Virus record (IMG/VR): IMGVR_UViG_3300005678_000009
Span: 1 to 64,000 of that record
Length of the DNA stretch: 64,000 nucleotides
Direction: 5' to 3' (one strand)
Source: an uncultured virus (IMG/VR IMGVR_UViG_3300005678_000009)
Taxonomy: Duplodnaviria; Heunggongvirae; Uroviricota; Caudoviricetes
Shown in pieces: positions 38,347-47,053 of the stretch. Under the pieces are notes generated by a model that was given only the letters and a program-made list of their open reading frames with translations, made no database searches and was not told where the DNA came from. Position 1 is the stretch's first letter, and each line of letters opens with the position of its first letter. The position numbers and the translations under genes are program-made.

Positions 38347-39214
38347 GGATGATTTTGAACTCCTTTATCTAAGACATGAATACATGGATACCATCAACAA
38401 GGCTTCTAAGAAATTAGACCCCAGTATGGTTGCCAAATATGCTGGAATTGTAAACACAACAGCTAAAATTATGTATTCGAAGTTCAAACACAACTTTGTA
38501 CAAGTTGGTTTTGATGTCTATGACGTAATTGCAGTCACAAATCTATACATGCTTTATTACATGAGCTTATATAGCATGAAAAATAATCCAGAATTCATGG
38601 AAAGAATGCTTAGCAAACGAACCAAGGCTACCCCGGAAAGTGAAGTGGAGAGAATTGAGAGAAATCATTTAATTAGCTTCCTTAGACAGAGATTGCAACA
38701 ATTTTCTGTTGTTTGTAGTCGTAAGGCTCGAAATATCACCGTTGATAGCGAAAAACGTGCCTTTTTTGCAGCCACTGAAAATAGTCGCGATGTTGCCAAA
38801 GAGCTTGTATTTGAAAATCCTAAGAAGTATGACTATAGACGCCTAACCACCAAAGAATTCAAGGAAGCTAGGTTGCGTGCTCGTATGGCTCAAACTACGG
38901 AGTTAACTGACCAATATGGTTTTAAAATTATTAAAATGGAAAAAGCCAACCTTGGAATCAGCGAATATGACTATCAACTTTTAACTGAGGAAAACCAGGG
39001 TGAGTTTTATCTAACTCCTGAAAAAAGCCTGGAAAAACAAGAAGATGATGATCGATTTGAAAACATCAAATTTCAATTTAACAGTTTAAATCAGGATGAA
39101 AAGAGACAAGTTCTTTTAAATTTTATCCAAGACGCAGAAAGAGACAAGCATTTAAAGTCTGAAATTAAGCTTGCAAAACAGATTTTGGAACAAGATTGTG
39201 GTATTATGCTATAG
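38312..39214 (+). CDS. Hypothetical protein, possibly a second highly divergent sigma-like factor
   Basis: 'KYAGIVNTTAKIMY...GFDVYDVIAV' resembles region 2.1-2.2; 'FNSLNQDEKRQVL' resembles region 4.1. Confidence 0.4.
   Translation: MANQKTKKPNFKDDFELLYLRHEYMDTINKASKKLDPSMVAKYAGIVNTTAKIMYSKFKHNFVQVGFDVYDVIAVTNLYMLYYMSLYSMKNNPEFMERMLSKRTKATPESEVERIERNHLISFLRQRLQQFSVVCSRKARNITVDSEKRAFFAATENSRDVAKELVFENPKKYDYRRLTTKEFKEARLRARMAQTTELTDQYGFKIIKMEKANLGISEYDYQLLTEENQGEFYLTPEKSLEKQEDDDRFENIKFQFNSLNQDEKRQVLLNFIQDAERDKHLKSEIKLAKQILEQDCGIML
39197..39207 (+). promoter_or_regulatory. TGTGG-TAWWAT promoter motif
   Basis: TGTGGTATTAT ends 7 nt before ATG 39215. Confidence 0.7.
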
Positions 39215-39697
39215 ATGGACTACACTTCAATTCTTCAACAATTTAAGAAAGACAGGGTAAGGGCTGGAGAACACATGACCCTCAGTCTATTGCCGTTTTT
39301 ATTTCTTGAATTGGAGAAAGTCGGATTTACCCAGGAAAGTTTAAATACAGATTTTTACAAAAATGCTATTTCTATACTTTTTGAAGGCGAATCGGCAAGT
39401 GTACATTCGTATGTGTTGGAAGATATGTTTGCGTATGCAGAAAGACTTCCGATTAAAAAACAAGAAATCGAACAGAAAAAAGAAGAACCCAGGAAACAGC
39501 AACCAACAGCAACATTTACAGGGCAAATTATTACTACAGAACATTTAGTGAATAATATTCCAGACGAATCCGAAGAGGACGATGGTCTTTCTACTCCCAT
39601 TGAAGATGTTATTAATTTAAACCCTGAAGATTTTGCTGATTACGAAATGGATTGGGATTTTGCTGAATCTGTAGGACTGCAAAGGCCGAAAAAATGA
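39215..39697 (+). CDS. Hypothetical acidic protein upstream of the helicase
   Basis: ORF coupled by ATGA to the DnaB-like gene. Confidence 0.6.
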   Translation: MDYTSILQQFKKDRVRAGEHMTLSLLPFLFLELEKVGFTQESLNTDFYKNAISILFEGESASVHSYVLEDMFAYAERLPIKKQEIEQKKEEPRKQQPTATFTGQIITTEHLVNNIPDESEEDDGLSTPIEDVINLNPEDFADYEMDWDFAESVGLQRPKK

Positions 39698-40770
39698 GTA
39701 AACAGGACGTTTCACAGATCTTAGGACCTGAGGTAATCGCAGACCTCAATAAAAAGAAGTCAGAACTTGAAAAAGCTCGTATTGAAACGCAACACGAACA
39801 GCTTCAAGAGCAACGTAGAGAATTGGAAATGCTTTCGTCATTTGACTTAAGCAAAAATGACGCTGATTACATCACCGCTTTGGCCAAAAGTAGCACCGAT
39901 TATTTAATGAAGGCTAAAAAATCAAAGGTTTTTTTAAATAGCCACTTCAAGGGTAAGGTTCCACTATTTCCACGCAATCTTATCTTACTTGGTGCAGAAA
40001 CAGGAACTGGAAAGTCCACCATTTCTGCTAACTTAACATACAATGCCCTAATGCAGGGCCAAAAGGTCCTAGTTTTAACAAACGAAGAACATCCAGCCGA
40101 TGTTTACAATCGTATTTCAAGTTTAATTAAGGGCTGGTACTATGGTGATCACGAAAACTTTACCCCAGAGCAGATTGAGTTCTTTGAGCAGAATATCGAA
40201 CGTTTAAGTAAGAAACTCACTGTTGTTGGTGATAACTACCGTGGTATGACTAGCTGCACCACCTCTATCGAAGGAATTGAGTCTGTCTTAAACAACGCCT
40301 TGATTAAAAATGCTGAATTTGATCTTATTATCCTAGATTATTATCAAAATGTCGACAAATCTGTTAAAGTTCCAGGTATGGCTGATTGGCAGGTTCAGTA
40401 CAGATTGTGTAAATTTCTCGATCAATATAAAAACATGACAAATGCGGCTATTGTTGTCCTTGCACAGAAAAAAGAAGGCAATAAGGATAAAGAATTGCCT
40501 TTTAAAGAAGCTATTGAGGGTAGAAAGACAATTGTCAACGTTTCCACTTGTGCAATTAATGTCATCAAGGATGCGGAACTATCTCGCACGATTTTTGAAA
40601 TCAAAAAATCTAGATTTAACTCTTGCATTGGCGAGAAAATTTATGTAGGATTTTCTAAGGGTAAGTATGTTGAGTACACCGATGAATTTAAGAATGAAGC
40701 TATGATTAGAAAAGAAGAAAAGGCACGAAACGAGCGAATGGGTGGAATTAACCCAAAAAACGGAGGATAA
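39694..40770 (+). CDS. DnaB-like (SF4) replicative helicase
   Basis: Walker A GAETGTGKST, 'TNEE', 'IILDYYQ', 'VLAQ', 'KSRF'. Confidence 0.82.
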   Translation: MSKQDVSQILGPEVIADLNKKKSELEKARIETQHEQLQEQRRELEMLSSFDLSKNDADYITALAKSSTDYLMKAKKSKVFLNSHFKGKVPLFPRNLILLGAETGTGKSTISANLTYNALMQGQKVLVLTNEEHPADVYNRISSLIKGWYYGDHENFTPEQIEFFEQNIERLSKKLTVVGDNYRGMTSCTTSIEGIESVLNNALIKNAEFDLIILDYYQNVDKSVKVPGMADWQVQYRLCKFLDQYKNMTNAAIVVLAQKKEGNKDKELPFKEAIEGRKTIVNVSTCAINVIKDAELSRTIFEIKKSRFNSCIGEKIYVGFSKGKYVEYTDEFKNEAMIRKEEKARNERMGGINPKNGG

Positions 40771-40771
40771 G

Positions 40772-41128
40772 ATGATGTTTGTACAACCTAAACCTGGTTT
40801 TTTAAAGCTATTGGTATTAAAAACCATTACTTTGGTTCAAAAAACACTTTTAAAGCTTGATGATCAAGAAGATATGAGCTTAGGAGAATCGAAGACTACA
40901 AAGCTCTACTACAAACTAGCAAAAGTCCATTTTAAATTATATTTCGGAACAGATTTGGTTGAAGAAATCCTTAACAATACAGAAAATGCTCATTTGGCTA
41001 CAAAAAGACACAGTCGTCTTGTTGTGAGTGCTCTTTATAAAAATTCATCGAGTATGAGAAAAAAGATTATTCGCTCCGCTGCCAGAGGCTCATTTAGAAA
41101 GAATTTGATTTTAGAAACTCCACTATGA
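40772..41128 (+). CDS. Hypothetical protein
   Basis: SD GGAGG upstream. Confidence 0.55.
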   Translation: MMFVQPKPGFLKLLVLKTITLVQKTLLKLDDQEDMSLGESKTTKLYYKLAKVHFKLYFGTDLVEEILNNTENAHLATKRHSRLVVSALYKNSSSMRKKIIRSAARGSFRKNLILETPL

Positions 41129-42006
41129 AAGAATTAACGGCTAATTTTTTAAGCCTATTGTTTGAGCCTGGTGAAACGATCAGTGTCTCTCATAACAAAT
41201 ATGGCTACCATAGCATTAATCAAGAAGACCTTAATGGTCCATTTGTGCTTACGTCTCCTAATCCAGACATTAAGCCGGTGACAATTGAGGAAAGTGACAT
41301 TAATCTGATCTCGATTAATCCAGTCAATGGATTTAGACGAGATGAAAACGTCACGTCTTTTAGATCTTTTATGGTTGAAATTGATACTGGCACACTAGAA
41401 GAGCAGAAGAAATACATTGATGATTCAAAATTGCCACATTCAGCTTGTATTTTTTCTGGAAACAAATCTCTTCACTATGCCATTGTGTTAGATGAACCGC
41501 TTCCGTCAATTGCGATGTGGAGGTTTTACAACCAATGGATGCTAAATGTTTTAAAAGGAACTGACCAGCAGATCAAGAATCCAACTAGATCGATCCGTTT
41601 TCCTGGCAATAAGCGAAAAAACGGTAGACAATTGGTTCAAGCGTTGGTTTCGATGGGTGGAAGGGTATCACAAGCTGATTTCTTTAAATGGCTTGATAGC
41701 TTTCCAGATACAAAACCTGTCAAAAGAGAAGAGCGTATTATTTCAGGTGATTTAATCACCGGATTGCCGTTGTGGTCTAAGCTTCCTAAGGATGTTACCG
41801 AGCAATTGGAGCGAGGTGTTAGTGAAAGTAGGAATGCCACTTGGTTTTACATCGGCTGTAGATGTGCAGAGATAGGATTTGATTATAATTCAACTGTTGC
41901 TCACCTAGAACAGTATTTTCAAGACGAAAGAGATTTTGGTAGACGTGAATGGATTGGCTGTTTGAAGTCTGCTTACAAGAGAATTAATGGAGAGAACTAT
42001 GTCTAA
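41125..42006 (+). CDS. AEP/RepB-type DNA primase with a PriCT-like C-terminus
   Basis: 'FMVEID', 'SGNKSLH', 'RSIRFPG', 'SRNATWF'; next to the helicase. Confidence 0.75.
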   Translation: MKELTANFLSLLFEPGETISVSHNKYGYHSINQEDLNGPFVLTSPNPDIKPVTIEESDINLISINPVNGFRRDENVTSFRSFMVEIDTGTLEEQKKYIDDSKLPHSACIFSGNKSLHYAIVLDEPLPSIAMWRFYNQWMLNVLKGTDQQIKNPTRSIRFPGNKRKNGRQLVQALVSMGGRVSQADFFKWLDSFPDTKPVKREERIISGDLITGLPLWSKLPKDVTEQLERGVSESRNATWFYIGCRCAEIGFDYNSTVAHLEQYFQDERDFGRREWIGCLKSAYKRINGENYV

Positions 42007-42613
42007 AAGAATTAACAGAGATGACGTAGATAAGTTATACGATTACGACCTATACATCCCCTCACGGACAATTTACATGGGGTCCACTGAATCAAGCCTA
42101 GAATTTGGCGAATCAGGTGTTGAAACGACCATGGCCGAGAGAATCATCAAAGCCTTGTTGTTACTTGACCAGAAAAATGAACCAATTACCATCATTATGA
42201 ATAACCCCGGTGGTGACTGGTATCATGGTATGGCAATTTATGACGCTATTAAAGGCTGTCAATCTCATGTTACCATCAAGGTTTATGGTATGGCCATGAG
42301 TATGGGTGCTGTTATTCTTCAAGCTGCTGATAAACGTGTCATGGCTCCAAATGCGCGATTTATGGTCCATTACGGTTCTCAGGCTATGCGTGAGGTTCAT
42401 GCAAAAGTGTTTGAAAGTTGGGGAGAAGAAAGTAAAAAGCTTAATATTGAAATGGAAAATATCTTTTTAGCTAAAATTCGTGAAAAACACCCTGAATTCA
42501 AATTAGGTGCCTTGAAAAAGTATCTTGACTATGACACAATTTGGTCAGCTAAAGAGACCATCAATATGGGCTTGGCCGACGCCATCGTAGGAGAGGAAGA
42601 AGAACATGGATAA
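41999..42613 (+). CDS. clpP: ClpP-like protease proteolytic subunit (cytoplasmic)
   Basis: 'RTIYMG', 'NNPGGD', 'GMAMSMG', 'PNARFMVH', 'YDTIWSAKE...GLAD'. Confidence 0.85.
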   Translation: MSKRINRDDVDKLYDYDLYIPSRTIYMGSTESSLEFGESGVETTMAERIIKALLLLDQKNEPITIIMNNPGGDWYHGMAIYDAIKGCQSHVTIKVYGMAMSMGAVILQAADKRVMAPNARFMVHYGSQAMREVHAKVFESWGEESKKLNIEMENIFLAKIREKHPEFKLGALKKYLDYDTIWSAKETINMGLADAIVGEEEEHG

Positions 42614-43112
42614 TATTATGTTTACAATCTTTACAGTAGGGATTGTTTTGGGTATGTTGGTCAAATTCTTTCTTGGTGGACTTGAAAAAGCCATCCTCCA
42701 CGTTAAATTTATTCGAGAACAAAACAAAAAATTCAATGAATTACAGAAAAAAGTAGACGAAATGAAGGCTAGTGGTGATATGCACCAATGGATGACGATG
42801 GTGATTATGGGTCAAGAAGTGATGGTCTGTGAGAAAACCGGCTGGGCTCCTTCACTTAATGGTTTTCTTCCAATGCACATGATTGAGGCGTACAAAAAAG
42901 AATCAAATGCCGCCAAAGAATATGAACAATTTAGAAACGCTCGTATTCAATTGATCGCCAGTGAAAATCAAATGACTATTCCACAAGTTGAAAGACTAGT
43001 AGAGCAGGTTTTTTCAATCAAAAAAGATTTCACATTACAGCGCATTGAAAAACTCCAAAAAGAAATGGAAGACAAAGCATCGGCGGTGTTGAATGGACAA
43101 CAATCTAATTAA
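42606..43112 (+). CDS. Membrane-anchored hypothetical protein
   Basis: N-terminal TM segment, then coiled coil. Confidence 0.6.
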   Translation: MDNIMFTIFTVGIVLGMLVKFFLGGLEKAILHVKFIREQNKKFNELQKKVDEMKASGDMHQWMTMVIMGQEVMVCEKTGWAPSLNGFLPMHMIEAYKKESNAAKEYEQFRNARIQLIASENQMTIPQVERLVEQVFSIKKDFTLQRIEKLQKEMEDKASAVLNGQQSN

Positions 43113-43590
43113 ACTAACCCAAAATAAAACAGCCATTGTAGATTCTGTAGATTATGAAAAATTAAATCAATTTTCTTGGTCTGCTCATCAAGAAAATAAT
43201 ACTTATTATGCAGTTACTTCAATTTTACAAGAAAATGGAAAATATAAACAATTTCGTATGCATCGAATGATCTTAGGAATTAATAATTCAAAAATTAAAA
43301 TAGATCATAAAAATGGAAATGGATTGGACAATAGAAAAGAAAATTTAAGAATGGCCTCAACAGCAGAAAATGCAAGGAATTTAAATAAAAAGTCATCAAA
43401 TAATACGTCTGGATATAGAGGCGTCTCTTTTTCCAAGAGACACAAAAATAAACCTTGGATGGGACGTATTAAATTTAATGGAAAATTGATTCACCTGGGA
43501 TATTTTTTTACCGCAGAAGAAGCAGCAAAAGCTTTTGATAAAAAAGCAGTTGAATTATTTGGAGAATTTTGTGGCAGACTTAATTTTTAA
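43093..43590 (+). CDS. HNH-AP2 homing endonuclease
   Basis: 'RMHRMI', 'DHKNGNGLDNRKENLR', 'NTSGYRGV', 'HLGYF..AEEAAKAFD...FGEF'. Confidence 0.9.
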   Translation: MDNNLIKLTQNKTAIVDSVDYEKLNQFSWSAHQENNTYYAVTSILQENGKYKQFRMHRMILGINNSKIKIDHKNGNGLDNRKENLRMASTAENARNLNKKSSNNTSGYRGVSFSKRHKNKPWMGRIKFNGKLIHLGYFFTAEEAAKAFDKKAVELFGEFCGRLNF

Positions 43591-44560
43591 ATACGACTTT
43601 TCTTGGGGAAATCCTTATTTTTTATTGGATATTTTAAATAGTAGAATTTCTATTACAACACATAGTATTTTAGACATGGCTTATGGTCCATATGATGGAA
43701 ATCCAGATCTTATTAAAAATACCCATGATGTGATTTACCAAACAACCAACCAACGATATCAACATATATTAATTACAAATGGAGCTTCAGGGGCTTTAAA
43801 TTTAATTTTAAGAAGATTTAAAGCTAAAAATGGACAAAAGGTGTTTACCACACCATATGGATATCCTTCTTATGATAGTTTTATCAACAGAGCTGGATTG
43901 GAAAGGGTAAGAAATTTAAACGCAATGCCATTACATTTGACAACTGGAAATCATCTTTATATGCGACTTATTGATTCACCAGAAAATCCAACAGGAACTC
44001 AATATAATATTGGCGATGCAAATACAGATACATGGGATTCTGTGTATAACAATCAAATCTATACCAAAACACCATTTATAGTGCCAAATCATCGAGTTAT
44101 GGTTGGTTCTTATAGCAAGCTCTTAGGAATTGCCGGTGCTAGAATTGGCTTTATTGCTACAAACGATTTATTACTTTACGAAGATCTCAAAATTGAATCA
44201 AAGGCAGAGTATACTGGTGTTTCTAAACTTAGCCAAGAATTGATCGTAAGTATTCTGAAACAGATTGATTTAAATCAATTTATGAGAGATGGTTCGAACG
44301 ATCTTGCAGATAACAAATACGAATTTACCAAGTTAGAATACTTATTTGATGGACAACGTGTAAATGAAGTTGGGATGTTCTATTGTGCCAAGATTCATCC
44401 AAAGGCACGCGATTTGCTGGACAAATGTGGTGTTGGCTATGTAATGCTCGATGACGACACAATCCGTTTAAGTATGGGCCAAACAAAAAAGATTACACAA
44501 GAAGGTATTCAATACATTTTAAAAAAGGATAGGGTGCAAAATGAGAAGAAGACAAAATGA
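43571..44560 (+). CDS. PLP-dependent fold-type I aminotransferase (TAA1/alliinase-like motifs)
   Basis: GTG start behind SD GGAG; 'DFSWGNP', 'ITNGA', 'SPENPTG', 'WDSVY', 'SYSKLLGIAGARIGF', 'GVSKLSQ', 'IRLSM'. Confidence 0.8.
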   Translation: MADLIFKYDFSWGNPYFLLDILNSRISITTHSILDMAYGPYDGNPDLIKNTHDVIYQTTNQRYQHILITNGASGALNLILRRFKAKNGQKVFTTPYGYPSYDSFINRAGLERVRNLNAMPLHLTTGNHLYMRLIDSPENPTGTQYNIGDANTDTWDSVYNNQIYTKTPFIVPNHRVMVGSYSKLLGIAGARIGFIATNDLLLYEDLKIESKAEYTGVSKLSQELIVSILKQIDLNQFMRDGSNDLADNKYEFTKLEYLFDGQRVNEVGMFYCAKIHPKARDLLDKCGVGYVMLDDDTIRLSMGQTKKITQEGIQYILKKDRVQNEKKTK

Positions 44561-44738
44561 AGAGGAAGATGAATCGGTAGCTACAGGAACTGATCTTGAA
44601 CAGATGATTGCCATGCTTGAAAAGGCTGAGGTTGATTACGAAAAGACAGATTCGGACGATGAAATTCTATTAATTGTTGGTGACAGTGATACAATGATGT
44701 ATTTTAACGAAGATGGCGATCTTCAAAGGGTGCAATAG
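44541..44738 (+). CDS. Small acidic hypothetical protein
   Basis: ORF between the aminotransferase and thyX. Confidence 0.55.
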   Translation: MRRRQNEEEDESVATGTDLEQMIAMLEKAEVDYEKTDSDDEILLIVGDSDTMMYFNEDGDLQRVQ

Positions 44739-45391
44739 TGGTTAAATTAGTTGCAATCACCAAAGGTGTTGGCGATCTCGATGGAATGATGGCTGAAGAA
44801 ATCATTTCTTACATTGCCCGTGTTTCTAATCCAGCCAATCAGATGAATACAGAAACAGCACCCAAACTACTAAAATATCTGTCTAAGAATAAGCATTGGT
44901 CACCGTTTGAACATATCTCTTTTACATTAGAGATTGAAACGTCACGGGCTATTGCAGCTCAAATCCTTAGACATAGATCGTTTGTATTCCAGGAGTTCTC
45001 ACAGCGTTATGCGACCGCTACAGAGTTTGTTAAATACGAAGCTCGTAGACAGGATTTAAAGAACCGTCAGAACAGTATCAATGATATGAGTGAAGAAGAC
45101 CGTCAATGGTTTGCAGACGCTCAAGATGAGGTCATTGCAGGTAGTAATGCGTTTTATCAAGAAGCTTTAAAAAGAGGTATTGCAAAGGAACAAGCACGTT
45201 TTCTCCTTCCTTTGTCCACTAAAACTCGTATTTACATGACAGGAAATGTAAGATCTTGGCTTCACTATATCGAATTGCGTTCGGCCAATGGGACTCAGAA
45301 AGAGCATATGGACATTGCTCAAGCTGCTAAGGAAGTCTTTTTGAAAGAATTTCCGTCGACCGCAGCTGCTATGGAATGGAAAAGTACATAG
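44738..45391 (+). CDS. thyX: FAD-dependent thymidylate synthase
   Basis: 'HWSPFEH', 'RHRSFVFQEFSQRY', 'EQARFLLP', 'N.RSW.H...R'. Confidence 0.93.
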   Translation: MVKLVAITKGVGDLDGMMAEEIISYIARVSNPANQMNTETAPKLLKYLSKNKHWSPFEHISFTLEIETSRAIAAQILRHRSFVFQEFSQRYATATEFVKYEARRQDLKNRQNSINDMSEEDRQWFADAQDEVIAGSNAFYQEALKRGIAKEQARFLLPLSTKTRIYMTGNVRSWLHYIELRSANGTQKEHMDIAQAAKEVFLKEFPSTAAAMEWKST

Positions 45392-45441
45392 TACACTATT
45401 CACTATATACAGCTATTCATTTTAAAGTGAATACCAAAAAC

Positions 45442-45466
45442 AAAGGGAGCTTTTCGCTCCCTTTTT
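45442..45466. terminator. Bidirectional terminator between convergent modules
   Basis: AAAGGGAGC-TTTTC-GCTCCCTTT with flanking A- and T-runs. Confidence 0.85.
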
Positions 45467-45469
45467 AGT

Positions 45470-45646
45470 TTAACCATTATAGAGATTTTCATCCCATTCT
45501 TGAAGAATATTATCTTCGCTTTCACTAAGCCATTTTTGATATTCAACCCAATCTCTATTTTGCGGATCGTTTGGGATAAACGCCTTATCTGACAACCTGA
45601 TAACAGTTTTAATTTCTTGTTCAGACGATTGTGTTTTCATATACAT
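45470..45646 (-). CDS. Small tail-fibre-associated protein (58 aa, below the ORF-track cut-off)
   Basis: SD AAGGAG; MYMKTQ...AFIPNDPQNRDWVEYQKWL. The 'IP.DP.N.D..EY..W' pattern is typical of short proteins following fibre genes. Confidence 0.7.
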   Translation of the reverse strand: MYMKTQSSEQEIKTVIRLSDKAFIPNDPQNRDWVEYQKWLSESEDNILQEWDENLYNG

Positions 45647-45657
45647 AATAAATCTCC

Positions 45658-46248
45658 TTACAATTCAGCGTCAGCTGTCCAATTTGCTGTATTTTGAAAA
45701 TCAATTGCAGACCCTGCTCCAGACCATTGCCACAATACATGGTGATCATTTGACCCGATGGCCGCAAATCCTCCGACATTAGTCTGGCCAGTATTGTTCA
45801 ATGTGACAGATGATGGGTTAGCTCTTTTTCTTACTGAAAATATACTATGACAAAATGAATTTCTACCGACTGTGTCAATATTTTGAAACCTGAAGGTTTG
45901 AGCGCCAGCTTCATAATATCTTTGACAAGCAGCTAATTCACCTTCAACATATTGACGAATAGTAGTAATATCTCCAGCGGCAATAGAAGTATCAGGAGTT
46001 GTCAAATTTAAACGCAAACTGTATTTAAATAAGTAACCTGCTTGAGCAAGTGTAGGTACATCAGTATCTTGAGTTAAATTATGAACCATAGCTCCAACTT
46101 TTGAATATTGATATCTATCCATAGCATATTGAGTATTTACTATACTATTAAAGGTAGTACCTCGCTGAGCAATAACCATATCACCATTAATAAGATAGTT
46201 TTTAATGTTTGATTCTTTTGGAATGTTAATTCCTCTAATTTGTGGCAT
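45658..46248 (-). CDS. Tail fibre tip protein, internally deleted paralog of 47054-48118
   Basis: Shares 'N.IINGDM.IAQRG', 'QDTDVPT.AQAGYLFK.SLRLNLTTPDTSIAAG', 'EL.ACQRYYE' and 'W.A.AEL' with the paralog. Confidence 0.7.
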   Translation of the reverse strand: MPQIRGINIPKESNIKNYLINGDMVIAQRGTTFNSIVNTQYAMDRYQYSKVGAMVHNLTQDTDVPTLAQAGYLFKYSLRLNLTTPDTSIAAGDITTIRQYVEGELAACQRYYEAGAQTFRFQNIDTVGRNSFCHSIFSVRKRANPSSVTLNNTGQTNVGGFAAIGSNDHHVLWQWSGAGSAIDFQNTANWTADAEL

Positions 46249-46259
46249 CTTAATTCTCC

Positions 46260-47039
46260 TTATTGATAATATTCCGTTATTTCAATATAACCATTACTGC
46301 CAAAACCGCCAGCTCCGCCACTGCCAACGCCTTGACCAAGAGCTGATCCGGAGCCGCCAGAACCAAAACCTGTTCCATTTTGACCGCCATTGGTAACCAT
46401 ACGTTGTTGTCCACCTGCACCTAGAACAGATGATCCTCCAGCGCCGCTTAAAGAAACTGCATTTGTACCTTGGTAAATTGCAGCTTGTCCAGGTTGACCA
46501 GTAATGTTAATATCTCCTCCAGATGCTGTTCCGCCAGCTCCGCCACCACCGCCAAAAGTATCGGCGTTTGCTGCAGCACCATTGGTTCCACCGGAACCGC
46601 CGACAGCAGATATAGTGCCAAATGTAGAGCTTCCACCAGAACCACCTGTACTATTTATTGCTCCAGCGCCTCCAGAACCAACTGCATATGGATAAGTAAG
46701 TGCTGGAGCATATATGATTTTTTGAGAAAAACCACCAGCTCCGCCACCACCGCCAGCAGATGTTTGTCCTGCACCAGTAGCTTGTGATCCGCCACCACCG
46801 CCACCAGCTCCAATAACTTTAACTACAATATATTTTACACCAACAGGAGTATTGTACGTACCTGAGCCAGATGTAAACCTCTGAACGGTTGGTAAGGTAA
46901 AATTAGTTTTGGTGTCTGTAATTGCTCCATCTTGTATATTCTGAGTCTGTACCGTATTTAGACCAATAGTTGTGACTTCGTTACCAGGCGTAGGAATCTT
47001 TGCAATTAAACGTTTATTAATTTGTGTTGATTTACTCAT
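46260..47039 (-). CDS. Glycine-rich tail/virion protein
   Basis: 'FTSGSGTY.TP.GV..I.V..IGAGGGGG' glycine-rich domain. Confidence 0.75.
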   Translation of the reverse strand: MSKSTQINKRLIAKIPTPGNEVTTIGLNTVQTQNIQDGAITDTKTNFTLPTVQRFTSGSGTYNTPVGVKYIVVKVIGAGGGGGGSQATGAGQTSAGGGGGAGGFSQKIIYAPALTYPYAVGSGGAGAINSTGGSGGSSTFGTISAVGGSGGTNGAAANADTFGGGGGAGGTASGGDINITGQPGQAAIYQGTNAVSLSGAGGSSVLGAGGQQRMVTNGGQNGTGFGSGGSGSALGQGVGSGGAGGFGSNGYIEITEYYQ

Positions 47040-47053
47040 ATTTTATCCTTAAA

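Noticed and set aside
43093..43590. Group I intron carrying the HNH-AP2 gene (and likewise the other endonucleases)
   Set aside because: There is no non-coding flank to hold an intron core; neighbouring genes look complete with their own starts and stops.
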